From an uncultured Nitrospiraceae bacterium (GTDB lineage Bacteria > Nitrospirota > Thermodesulfovibrionia > Thermodesulfovibrionales > SM23-35), in contig CAVSHB010000002.1 in NCBI GenBank assembly GCA_963727775.1, forward strand, positions 544,001-608,000: DNA of 64,000 bases. The letters run 5' to 3'. The first letter of the stretch is position 1. Each line of letters starts with the position of its first letter. The notes under the pieces were generated by a model. The model ran no database searches and was not told the DNA's origin. It was given only the letters and a program-made list of their open reading frames with translations. This document shows, piece by piece, positions 29,723-39,588 of the stretch. A program made the translations under genes and the position numbers.

Positions 29723-30275
29723 ACAATACCTCCTTGGTTTGGGTTATAGGGATATTGTATGAATATCTGCCGGAGGAATAAATTGTGAGATTACTTCTGG
29801 CGGAGGGCCTTATAGCTTTGACTGTTCATCCTGCCGCGTCAGCGGCTTAGTTCAATGGCTGTTATGTGGAGCTACACATAACAGCCACAAGTCTTTTTTT
29901 TTCACATCGGCCGATGAGTCACGATTACGGAATGAAGAACGCTTATTCGAAGTTGTTAGAAATGTTCCTGTCCTTTGGATGCTCTTATTACTTCACGGAA
30001 TCCCTTGATGTAATCAGCACAATGCCCCGTCCCGGCTGCAGGCTATAAGAAAAAGGCGTAGGGATATAGTTCACGGGGTACCCTGGAGATATATCGATTA
30101 AAGGAACCCCTGCCTGTAAATATTTCTGAAGATTTTCCTCATAAAAAGACTGTCTGTTGTGGAAGTCCTTATTGAGAATAAGCAGGGCTTCTTCCTGTGT
30201 GCGGATGGATGCCTTCCACATGAGCAGGACTTGCGCGTTCTTGCAGGGCAGCATCTCTGTGGGGGCTTCTTCCTC

Positions 30276-31885
30276 TTCTAAGGAAGAAGTCAAGTTTTTT
30301 TCTTGCCTTTCTCTGTTAAAGCTGAAATGGTTGTGGTGTTACTTCAACCTTTTACCTTTTCACCTAACCTCTTTTGTTCTACGAGCCTTATAGCTCAACT
30401 TACCTTATTCAGGTCGAAAGGATGGTGGAAGTTGACCAAGCTGAATCCTACAAGCCTTCTTTTTAGCTTACGAAGAAGCACGGTCCTTCTTCCACCACAA
30501 CCACTGTTTACTCCCATATACTAAGCAGCAATTGTTACCGTATCCTGAAATCTCCGTTTGTCTCTTAAGAGTGCAAAGATTAGCTTGATCAGCTTTATTG
30601 CTACTGCGCACAGGATCTCTTTCTTCCTCGGCAGTTGACCAAACCGGTTCTTTGTCTGCAATTTTCGTTGATAATATTCTTGAAAATAGTTGGTGAGGAC
30701 TACCACCCTCATGCTCATAAAGAAAAGACACTTCCTTAAGAGCCAGCGTCCCTTTTTGGATATGAACTTGCGGCTTATCCTATAACCGGAATCGCTCTCC
30801 TGTGGATCATATCCTGCATATTTGACGATCTGACGGGCGTTTTGAAAATACGCCGGGTCTCCTAACTCTCCTAAGAAGATAGCGGCTGAAAGGGGGCCTA
30901 TACCTGGGATGCTCAATAAATACTCCGAATAGGGGATCTCCTTTAGTGTGCTTTTCATCTGTCGGTCAATATCCTTGAGCATCAGTACGGTCCGTTTCAC
31001 TTCTTCCAGACATATCTTTACCCTGTAGCGATCCGTACTGCCGATTCGTTTTACTCCAATGCTCTTTATTGCTGCCTGCTGGAGAGCTTTTGCTTTTTCG
31101 GCTGCTCCCGCCTTCTTCCTTGAGCTGTGGGCGATCAGTTCCTTGATAACTGCGTGTTTCATCGATACCACATCCTCGGGAAACGGACACAAATCAAGGA
31201 TTGCCCATAAACTCCGGGAATTCATTGACCAAAATATCTCATGCAGCTCAGGGAAATAGTCATCCAGTGCAGCATGAAGCGCATTTTTCGCTCCCACGCT
31301 ATATCTCAAGAGTCTCTCCCTTACTTTCGACAATGTCCTTAGCTGTCTTACCACCCCGTCTTCAATTACGGTATCGATATATTTACCCTCTCTGGTGATA
31401 TTCGCTATGGTCAATGCATCTCTTTTATCGCTCTTTGCAGAGGAACTCTCGTCAAGTTCCCGATGATGCTTCAGGGCCGTAGTCCGTACAAACCGAACTT
31501 CATAACCCTTCTCTTTTCCAAAGTAGGCAAGCTTCCTCCAGTAGTGCCCTGTCGGTTCCATCCCAATGAGCACGCTGTTCATGCCATACTTTGCTTTAAA
31601 ACCCTCTGTCATCTTTACAAACTGCTCAAATCCTTCACGGTTGTTGTACAGTTTGGCGCAACTCCCCAACACGTTGCCCTCTTTGTTCATGAACCCCACC
31701 GCATTCCATGCATTCCCTACGTCCACTCCTATGACCAGGGTCTCCCTACTAATCCTTTCACGCTTTGCTACCTGCTTGTTATAATCTTTCTCAGACATGG
31801 TGATCTCTCCTTTCTGTTATGTTGTTTGGATATTCAACTTTAACAGTTCGAGATTGCCATGTCTTTCCCTCTTCCTTATAGTAAG
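30276..31885 (-). mobile_element. IS110-family element with IS1111-type architecture
   Basis: Sub-terminal 9-bp IR TAAGGAAGA (30279-87) / TCTTCCTTA (31870-78); about 230 bp of non-coding DNA 3' of the transposase; ends +/-2 bp. Confidence 0.8.
30521..31798 (-). CDS. IS110-family DEDD recombinase/transposase
   Basis: IGVDVG, GMEPTGHYW, KSDKRDA, SIPGIG, ESDSG. Confidence 0.95.
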   Translation of the reverse strand: MSEKDYNKQVAKRERISRETLVIGVDVGNAWNAVGFMNKEGNVLGSCAKLYNNREGFEQFVKMTEGFKAKYGMNSVLIGMEPTGHYWRKLAYFGKEKGYEVRFVRTTALKHHRELDESSSAKSDKRDALTIANITREGKYIDTVIEDGVVRQLRTLSKVRERLLRYSVGAKNALHAALDDYFPELHEIFWSMNSRSLWAILDLCPFPEDVVSMKHAVIKELIAHSSRKKAGAAEKAKALQQAAIKSIGVKRIGSTDRYRVKICLEEVKRTVLMLKDIDRQMKSTLKEIPYSEYLLSIPGIGPLSAAIFLGELGDPAYFQNARQIVKYAGYDPQESDSGYRISRKFISKKGRWLLRKCLFFMSMRVVVLTNYFQEYYQRKLQTKNRFGQLPRKKEILCAVAIKLIKLIFALLRDKRRFQDTVTIAA

Positions 31886-32102
31886 CTGAAAGCAACACCC
31901 AAGCTCTGATTGGAAAGTCTGTGAAGTACTTATTCGAAATCAACAAAAGACCAATTTCTCATATTATCCGAGGTTCACTTTTAATGCATGTTACCGAAAA
32001 ATATTAAACACCCCTTTATTGAATTTCCTTGCCACCATTACCCTTATTGAAAAAAATCGTCTGTTTACATATAATGATTTTACTTTCGGAAAGGGGAACT
32101 TT

Positions 32103-33023
32103 ATGAAAAAAACAATTACGGTTACAATCCTAATGTCGCTTATCTTCGCCGCATCTGCCTATGCACAACAGGTCGGAAACCTTCGTTATTCGATAATGGT
32201 AGCAAAGTTCGAAAACCGCTCGAACTGGTCGGGCCAGTGGAATCTCGCTGACACCTTCGGAGCTGTGCTCACGGACAGTCTTCAGCAGACCGGGAAATTC
32301 ATAGTGATCGCAGAAAAAGACATGCGAAACGAAGCGATGGCAGAGCAGGACTTCGCCGAATCCGGGCGGACAGCGGGAGGGAAAAAGGCTCCGGTGAAAG
32401 GGCAGATGACCCCTGCACAGCTCCTTGTGAAAGGCGAAATTACGCACTTCCAGGCATCGACGACTGGCGGCGGTGGTGGGTTGAGAATCGGAGGCTTCAA
32501 GATCGGCGGCAGTGCGGATACGGCTGAGATCAATGCCGTAATCTATGTTGTTGATTCGACGACAGGACAAGTTGTTGCTTCAAAAAAAGTTGTGGGGCAG
32601 GCCGAAAGGACGGGGCTTGACGTCGGATTTTCAGACAGGGACTGGGGCGTGGACATCGGAGGATTTAAGAAGACGAATGTTGGGAAAGCCGTCGAGAAAG
32701 CGATAGATGAAGCTGTTGCCTTCATAAGCGCTCAGCTCGAAAAGATACCCTGGGAGGGAACGGTCGTGATGGTAAAGGATGGAATGGTCTACGTCAACAG
32801 GGGTGATAGGGAAGGCGTTGCACCTGGCCAGAGCTTTGTAATCGGCACAACACAGCAGCTTAGAGACCCAGATACGGGAGAAGTTCTCGATACGTCAGTC
32901 GAAAAAGCGGGAACAATCGTGATCGAATCCGTGAAAGAGAAGATCTCTATAGGCAGGCCAGTCGGGGGCGCAGAAACAATTCAGAGGGGCATGACAGTGA
33001 TGTTGCCCAGTGCGCTCCACTGA
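32103..33023 (+). CDS. CsgG/HfaB-family periplasmic protein with a C-terminal beta domain
   Basis: Signal peptide; VAKFEN, LQQTGKFIV, LLVKGEIT, VVDSTTGQV; C-terminal VYVNRG..DPDTGEVL. Confidence 0.82.
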   Translation: MKKTITVTILMSLIFAASAYAQQVGNLRYSIMVAKFENRSNWSGQWNLADTFGAVLTDSLQQTGKFIVIAEKDMRNEAMAEQDFAESGRTAGGKKAPVKGQMTPAQLLVKGEITHFQASTTGGGGGLRIGGFKIGGSADTAEINAVIYVVDSTTGQVVASKKVVGQAERTGLDVGFSDRDWGVDIGGFKKTNVGKAVEKAIDEAVAFISAQLEKIPWEGTVVMVKDGMVYVNRGDREGVAPGQSFVIGTTQQLRDPDTGEVLDTSVEKAGTIVIESVKEKISIGRPVGGAETIQRGMTVMLPSALH

Positions 33024-33545
33024 TTTTCAAGAGGTTTTCAGTTCACGCCGTGTTTTGTCTGCCACCGAAAAGATTTAAACTGAGTCAAATCGGTTGGTGG
33101 ATGACACACTTGTAAACACCCTATAAGGATTGTGCCGCCGTGGTATCCTTTTCTACATCTCATGAGAAGAAAGTAGCCCTTTCAGTACTCTCGCAGAGCG
33201 TCAAGGCAAGACCAATGTCACAAATACCTCCAAGGCGCAGGGCAGGCACATGATGAGATTTGACGATTTCTGTGCGAACCATTGTGCCTCTCTGCGAATT
33301 CCATCATTTAACGTTTTTCCCTTGTAGTCTACATACAAAAAAATTGTTAAAATAGTCTGTATTTCAACTGATAATTGTCGAATTTAGGGACCACGATTAA
33401 AATTAAGCGAACGAATAGGAAACCCTCGAAAATAAATCTTCATGCAGGAAATTTCACTGCACGTCAATCGGCAGAGATTTATAATATGGGATTAGCTTTT
33501 CAAAGCAGAGGACAAATTAAGAAGCAACATGTTGCTATATAAAGT

Positions 33546-33716
33546 ATGAAAACACTTACCATGTTTGGAGCCATCGTCGGATCATGCGCCGGAAGTTACA
33601 TCCCCGTGCTTTGGGACGGCAGTTTGCTTTCGATGTCATCATTGTTGTTGGGCGCGGTCGGCGGCTTTGCCGGCATTTGGATCGGATACAAAATCGCGGT
33701 TCGGATGGATATCTAA
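33546..33716 (+). CDS. small Gly-rich membrane protein (56 aa)
   Basis: Hand-translated MKTLTMFGAIVGSCAGSYIPVLWDGSLLSMSSLLLGAVGGFAGIWIGYKIAVRMDI*; two hydrophobic segments. Confidence 0.6.
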   Translation: MKTLTMFGAIVGSCAGSYIPVLWDGSLLSMSSLLLGAVGGFAGIWIGYKIAVRMDI

Positions 33717-33769
33717 GGTGCACACCGAGCAGTGATGCAATGCGAAAAAAGATGAAACCATGCGCAAGC

Positions 33770-33890
33770 TTCCTTTCTGTTATCCGCATCGCTTGGGCAG
33801 AGGTTAGAAGTGAATGTTTCTTTTGGTATTCGTGATTTGTATTGGAAGACTTTTTTGGTGTCCGGGAAAAACCAATAAAAGAATCAAAAA
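33770..33890. repeat. 121-bp dispersed direct repeat, copy A
   Basis: Matches 41103-41223 with about 10 substitutions by hand count. Confidence 0.85.
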
Positions 33891-34011
33891 GGAGGGCAGC
33901 CAGTCTATAAGGAAGGACCGGATTTAGGTTGACAATCACATTTCTAAAAGGCATGTTTTAAACATCTGATCATATTGATCAGTGTTCTTTGACATAGGAC
34001 AATAAGGTTTT

Positions 34012-34090
34012 ATTTTCGAAAAGGTAACCCCCGAACGATCGGGGGGCACAAAGCCAGGGGGCCGGGATGGATCGCCCGGCTGCCGAAAAA
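34012..34090 (+). ncRNA. c-di-GMP-I (GEMM)-like riboswitch aptamer
   Basis: TTTTCG/CGAAAA P1; AAGGTAA-CCCCCGA..TCGGGGG P2; junction CACAAAGCC; P3 ending GGCTGCCG. Follows the GG(C/T)AA..G(A/C)(C/A)GCAAAGCC..(T/C)TGCCG layout. Confidence 0.75.
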
Positions 34091-34116
34091 ACAGCGCCTT
34101 GCATTTTTCTTTTGAG

Positions 34117-34150
34117 AAAAGCCTGTTTTCTTCGGGAAACAGGCTTTTTT
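34117..34150 (+). terminator. intrinsic terminator (riboswitch expression platform)
   Basis: AAAAGCCTGTTT(T)-CTTCGG-GAAACAGGCTTTTTT directly upstream of the AGGAGG RBS. Confidence 0.8.
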
Positions 34151-34168
34151 GTCCAAGAGGAGGCTTTT

Positions 34169-37087
34169 ATGACGACATCGGTATCCAGAATTATTATGAG
34201 GCTAAGCCTGATTTTCGTGCTGGCTGTCTGTTTGCATCTGTCGGGCGGGGACGCTGCCGCAGTGGACCTCGCTATATACTCTGACGGTCTTACCGCCGGA
34301 TGGCAAGACTGGTCCTGGAACAGCACGGTTAATTTTGCGAACACTTCACCCGTGCATAGTGGCAATTACTCCCTTTCTGTCAAGTATAATGCGGCATGGG
34401 CTGGGCTCTATCTGCATAATGATACCGCCGTCAATACGAGCGCCTATGATCACTTGAGTTTCTGGATTCACGGCGGCAGCACCGGTAATCAGAAGCTTAA
34501 TGTGGTTGCCAATGGTAACGGAAGTAGTGTGTATTTGGTAACTGCCCAGGCGAACACCTGGACACAAGTGAATATCCCGCTGTCTGCGTTGGGCAATCCT
34601 GCAACACTGACTGACCTTTACTGGCAAGACCGAACCGGAGGAGCCCAGCCGATATTCTACATCGACGACATTTCGCTGATCCCAAGTACAGGAATGCCTC
34701 CTCCTCCACCCACAACGGGAGTTGGACCAACGCTGAGCATAGATGTGAGTTCAGGCCATGCTATCAGTGACGATATCTACGGCATGAATTATGCTGACGA
34801 GCAACTCGCTTCGGAACTGCGCTTGCCTGTACGCCGTTGGGGGGGTAACTCAACAAGCCGGTATAACTGGGAAACCAGCATGGGAAACGTTGGCAGTGAC
34901 TGGTATTTTGAAAATCTTCCGCTGGGCAATGTCAATGTTGCACTCCTGCCCGACGGCTCTGCGTCCGACCAGTTTGTAGAACAGAACCGCCGGACGGGAA
35001 CGAGAACGCTCCTCACCATTCCTCTCATCGGCTGGACCGTAAAGATGAGCAGCCCGCGCTCTCATCCCTATGACTGCGGATTCAAGATATCGAAGTACGG
35101 CGCACAGCAGTCTGCAGACCCCTGGGACACCAACTGCGGTGATGGTCTCTATCCCAACGGCACTGATATTACCGGCAATGATCCCACAGATACCAGCATG
35201 CAAATCTCGCCTGATTTCGAAACCGCATGGATCAGCCATCTCACGGCTAAATATGGTACCGCGATTGGCGGCGGGATTGCCTATTATGACCTCGACAACG
35301 AGCCGATGTTGTGGGACAACACACATCGAGACGTGCATCCTATGCCTACCACTTATGACGAGATGCGCGATCGCACATATCAATACGCCTCGGCGATTAA
35401 GGCGGCGGATCCGACAGCGAAAACGCTCGGCCCAGTGGCGTGGGGCTGGTGCGAGTACTTCTACTCCGCGCTTGACGGCTGTAGTGCCGGGGTTGATTAC
35501 CAGACTCACGGTAACACGCCTTACGTGGTATGGTATCTCCAGCAGATGAGTGCCTACGAGCAGCAGCACGGCCGGCGTATTCTTGACTATCTTGACCTTC
35601 ACTATTATCCGCAGGCTAATGGAGTGTCTCTCTCCCCTGCGGGCAGCACATCCATCCAGGCATTGAGGCTGCGGTCCACCCGGTCGCTATGGGATGCGTC
35701 TTACATTGATGAAAGCTGGATCTCTGACTTGGCGCCAACCGGCATTGCGGTTCAACTCATACCGCGGATGCGCAACTGGGTAAATGCGTATTATCCAGGC
35801 ACTAAGCTTGGTATCACTGAATACAACTGGGGCGGGATGGAAAACATCAACGGTGCGCTCACACAGGCTGACATCCTCGGCATCTTCGGTCGTGAGGGCC
35901 TCGATTTGGCCACTTTATGGGCCCCGCCAACTGCGGCGCAGCCTGGGGCGTTTGCCTTCCGCATGTACCGGAACTATGACGGCGCGGGGCATGGTTTTGG
36001 TGATGTCAGCATGCCGGCGGCGAGTGCTGATCAGAGCTCACTGGCAGTGTATGCGGCGCAGCGCAGCGCTGATAGCACCCTGACCGTGATGGTAATCAAC
36101 AAGACAACAAATGCCATGACAAGCTCTGTCAGTCTGACCGGCTTGACACTACCGGCATCGGCAGAGATATATCAGTACAGCGCCGCGAATCTGGCCGCTA
36201 TTCAAAAGTTGTCCGCCCAACAGGTTTCGACGGGCGGCTTCAGCGCCACCTTTCCGGGCAACTCGATCACTCTCTTTGTCATGGCGACCGGAGGAACGAG
36301 CAGTGTACCACTCTCGATTGCCAAGACCGGCACGGGCAGCGGTAGGGTCACTGCAAGCACAGGCGCAATCACATGGAACGGCAGCACCGGAACAGTGACC
36401 TACAGTTACAATACGTCACTGATATTGACTGCGACAGTGGACACCGCCTCTACCTTTGCAGGGTGGACAGGATGTAATGCAACAACCGGCAACCAATGCA
36501 GTTTAATTATGGATTCGCCAAAGACGGTCGCCGCCGCTTTCACCCTGAATCAGTACACCCTTACCGCTAAAGCATCAGGGACCGGATCGGGAACGGTAAC
36601 GTCAAGCACCGGCGGGATCAATTACACATATCCGGTAGTCGGCGCGGGCGCTGCACTCCTGAATTATGGAACGACGGTGACACTGACCGCAGCAGCGACC
36701 AATGGATCGATAGTCACATGGTCGGGCAATTGCGATACAATTGGCGGATCGACAACGAAATCGGTCTGTACCATAGCGAGCATGAATGTAGCAAAGACGG
36801 TAACGGTAGCGTTTACCGCTGCGCCTGCATGTACGTTCAGCATATCACCGGCTTCAGCAACATTCAGCAGAACCGGTGGCACCGGGAGTGTTAATGTTAC
36901 TCCTTCGTCGGTCAGTTGCAGTGGTGCCGCTAGGAGTAATGTCTCATGGATAACCATTACATCCGGCAGCAGCTTCACGGGAAAGGGCACAGTAAAATAT
37001 TCAGTATCGAAGAATACCACCGGCACCAAGAGGACTGGGACCATGACGATAGGGGGCCGGACATTTACCGTAGTGCAGACAAAATAA
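34169..37087 (+). CDS. secreted glycoside hydrolase family 44 with N-terminal CBM-like domain and C-terminal beta-rich repeat / BACON-like domains
   Basis: RWGGNSTSRYNW, LDNEPMLW (acid/base Glu), LDLHYYP, ITEYNWG (nucleophile); signal peptide; GTGSG.V.S repeats; SNVSWITI..G.G.V.YSV..N..R.GT.TI C-terminus. Confidence 0.88.
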   Translation: MTTSVSRIIMRLSLIFVLAVCLHLSGGDAAAVDLAIYSDGLTAGWQDWSWNSTVNFANTSPVHSGNYSLSVKYNAAWAGLYLHNDTAVNTSAYDHLSFWIHGGSTGNQKLNVVANGNGSSVYLVTAQANTWTQVNIPLSALGNPATLTDLYWQDRTGGAQPIFYIDDISLIPSTGMPPPPPTTGVGPTLSIDVSSGHAISDDIYGMNYADEQLASELRLPVRRWGGNSTSRYNWETSMGNVGSDWYFENLPLGNVNVALLPDGSASDQFVEQNRRTGTRTLLTIPLIGWTVKMSSPRSHPYDCGFKISKYGAQQSADPWDTNCGDGLYPNGTDITGNDPTDTSMQISPDFETAWISHLTAKYGTAIGGGIAYYDLDNEPMLWDNTHRDVHPMPTTYDEMRDRTYQYASAIKAADPTAKTLGPVAWGWCEYFYSALDGCSAGVDYQTHGNTPYVVWYLQQMSAYEQQHGRRILDYLDLHYYPQANGVSLSPAGSTSIQALRLRSTRSLWDASYIDESWISDLAPTGIAVQLIPRMRNWVNAYYPGTKLGITEYNWGGMENINGALTQADILGIFGREGLDLATLWAPPTAAQPGAFAFRMYRNYDGAGHGFGDVSMPAASADQSSLAVYAAQRSADSTLTVMVINKTTNAMTSSVSLTGLTLPASAEIYQYSAANLAAIQKLSAQQVSTGGFSATFPGNSITLFVMATGGTSSVPLSIAKTGTGSGRVTASTGAITWNGSTGTVTYSYNTSLILTATVDTASTFAGWTGCNATTGNQCSLIMDSPKTVAAAFTLNQYTLTAKASGTGSGTVTSSTGGINYTYPVVGAGAALLNYGTTVTLTAAATNGSIVTWSGNCDTIGGSTTKSVCTIASMNVAKTVTVAFTAAPACTFSISPASATFSRTGGTGSVNVTPSSVSCSGAARSNVSWITITSGSSFTGKGTVKYSVSKNTTGTKRTGTMTIGGRTFTVVQTK

Positions 37088-37344
37088 GAACGGGTATCAT
37101 TTTGATGAGTGTCCGCTCTGCAAATGAAGGGTAATGTAAATGTATATGTCATACCCGCTTCTATGGGGATGACATATACATGGCATGAGTCCTTCTATAA
37201 TGGGGAGAGGATCATTTCATGAATCACTTCAGTCATCACAGGAGCAAACAGGGAATAATGTATAATTTTACATACGGCACGATAGCTATTTTTCCATATA
37301 GGCGTGGTATAATTTCTCACAATTTATATTAATGGAGGGTCTCT

Positions 37345-37617
37345 ATGACAAAAGCAGAACTTGTAGAAAAGATGGCTAAAGACTCAGGTACGTCAAAGAC
37401 AGTAGCGGAAAAGGCTCTTACCTCATTTGTTGATGCAGTTACCAAGACACTGAAGAAAGGAAACAAAGTAGCTCTTGTGGGCTTCGGGACTTTCTCGATT
37501 TCAAAGAGGAAGGCACGGAAGGGGCGTAATCCTCAAACAGGTGCAATAATTAAGATTGCTGCCCGGAAGGCGCCTAAATTCACAGCGGGGAAAGCTTTGA
37601 AGGATGCCGTAAAATAA
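37345..37617 (+). CDS. hup: HU family DNA-binding protein (copy 2)
   Basis: MTKAELV...GFGTF...RKGRNPQTG; RBS GGAGG. Confidence 0.96.
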   Translation: MTKAELVEKMAKDSGTSKTVAEKALTSFVDAVTKTLKKGNKVALVGFGTFSISKRKARKGRNPQTGAIIKIAARKAPKFTAGKALKDAVK

Positions 37618-37742
37618 TTCATTAGAATTTAATAAGGTACCTTTGCTAATAAGCAAGCCGGTCGCTTAAGGCGTTGAAAGCGGTCAACATTAAGATCGGT
37701 AAATCACGGGCATCTCCCACGCAGAATTCTATTCGGGTGTAG

Positions 37743-39588
37743 CGTATTTTCTTTTATGAAAACACCCATAAATGCTTATATTACAATAGATTACCGTGTA
37801 TTTGGCTTTCAAATGTAGCCATATAATATAGCATTTTATAGTTGACATAGTGGTAATCATATCCTATAATAGTAGCCATGCCATTTAAAAAGAAGCCACG
37901 CCCCCATCTCGAAATACAGACTTCCGGCAATAAGCACTACGGCGTTATTCGCACTACCTTCCGTGAGAAGGGCGAAATCAGGCACACGACACATGGGACC
38001 ATTAAGGATATGAGTCTTGAACAACTAAAGCTCATACAGGCCGCCTTCAGGGGCGATGTGCTGGTAAAGGGTTCAGCCGACGCTCACAAAATCGCGGAAT
38101 CGAAAGAGTACGGCGCTTCCTATGCGGTATTGCAGTTGGCGAAGGAATTAGAGTTGGACAAGATGATTTATTCGAGATATTCCGAGCAGTAGGTTAAAGA
38201 CTGTCTTGCCATGATAATCGGCCGTTTAGTATATAGCGGCAGCAAGCTGGCTTTATCGCACAGATGGGAGGACACGGCATTATGGGAACTCTGCGGGATA
38301 GAAGGGCCGGTTGACGTAGATAAGCATTGTTATGAGCCTATGGATCGTCTTTTACAGAGGCAGGATGCCATCCAAAGTACATTGGCGAAAAAGCATCTCC
38401 GAAACGGCGCGCTTGTGCTTTACGATATAACCAGCAGTTATTTTGAGGGCGAGTATGAAGACAGTGAGATCGTTAAATTCGGATATAACCGGGACGGCAA
38501 GCGGGGGCATGAACAGATGGTGATAGGGCTGCTTTGCAGTCCCGAGGGGTGCCCTGTGGGTGTGGAAGTTTTCCCTGGGAATACTCAGGATGCTCAAACG
38601 GTACCCGATAAAATAGCTGAGGTGCAGAAAAAATATGGGATCCAGGAGATAATCTTTGTAGGTGATCGTGGAATGGTTACTCATGCCAATTACGAAAAGG
38701 TTAAGGATGTAAAAGGGCTCAATATAATATCGGCATTAACACACCACCAGATAAAAGAGCTACTGGAACGCAAGGTGATTCAGATCGATATGTTTGATGA
38801 AAAGGAGATTATTGAAGTAGTGGATCCTGAGGCGATAGGACGGCGATACTGCTTATGCCGCAATCCAAAGACCGCTACAAGGGAAGCTGTGACACGCAAA
38901 GGCTTGATTGAGGTCACCAGAAAGGCATTGGATAGCATAGCCCAATCAAAACGGAAGTCGTCAAACGAGAAGATAGCGGCAAGGGTGGGGAAGGTTCTGG
39001 GAAAGTGGAAGACAGGTAAATTTGTAGAGTGGTCAGTACAGGATGGACGTCTCACATGGAAATTAAAAACAGAGAAGATCGAGACTGAGGAATTGATTGA
39101 CGGCTGTTACATCATTGCCTCCGATGTTCCTGCCGGGCTGATGGCAAAGCAGGCAATAGTGGCATCATATAAAAAGCTTGCTCTTGTAGAACAGGCGTTT
39201 CGGAACTTAAAGAGCGTACAGCTTGAGGTGCGGCCCGTTTATCACAAGACCGACGACCGAATCCGCTGTCATGTGTTTCTTTGCATGCTTGCCTACTACT
39301 TGCAGTGGCATATGAATCAGAGACTAAAGCCTCTGTTTCAGTCTGACGGAAAAAATAAACACCGCAGATGGACATTTGAGTATGTGATTGAGAGATTAAA
39401 GAGCCTGAGAAGGCAGAGACTTCAAGTGCAGGGCTCTTCGTGCCGAATTGTTTGCACCCCGGATAACAGTCAGCAAAAGATTCTTGATCTGCTCAAGGTA
39501 AAATTGTAGCCATTTTCTTGAAATTAGAAATCGCCTTCAAATCATTGCAGCATATGGAGTTCCTCGTAGTTTTTAAAAAGAAAATACG
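37743..39588 (+). mobile_element. IS1634-family element, copy 1 (1846 bp)
   Basis: IR CGTATTTTCTTTT / AAAAGAAAATACG; 6-bp TSD GTGTAG (37737-42, 39589-94). Confidence 0.92.
37878..39509 (+). pseudogene. IS1634 transposase with a nonsense codon
   Basis: TAG at 38190-38192 where copy 2 has TGG (Trp); the flanking protein sequence matches copy 2. Confidence 0.85.

Larger units (their letters stand above)
27320..29855 (-). mobile_element. IS91-like element carrying a tyrosine recombinase (approximate ends)
   Basis: Recombinase plus Y2-type transposase in tandem; 14-bp imperfect inverted pair TTGAGCTGAGCCGC (27367-80) / GCGGCTTAGTTCAA (29842-55); GAAA-loop hairpin at 27325-27364. Confidence 0.75.

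Noticed and set aside
29988..30293. 101-aa ORF as an independent gene
   Set aside because: Its TTG start is the -35 box inside the IS110 end. It may be the 3' part of an interrupted gene, but I could not reconstruct a convincing start across the IS.
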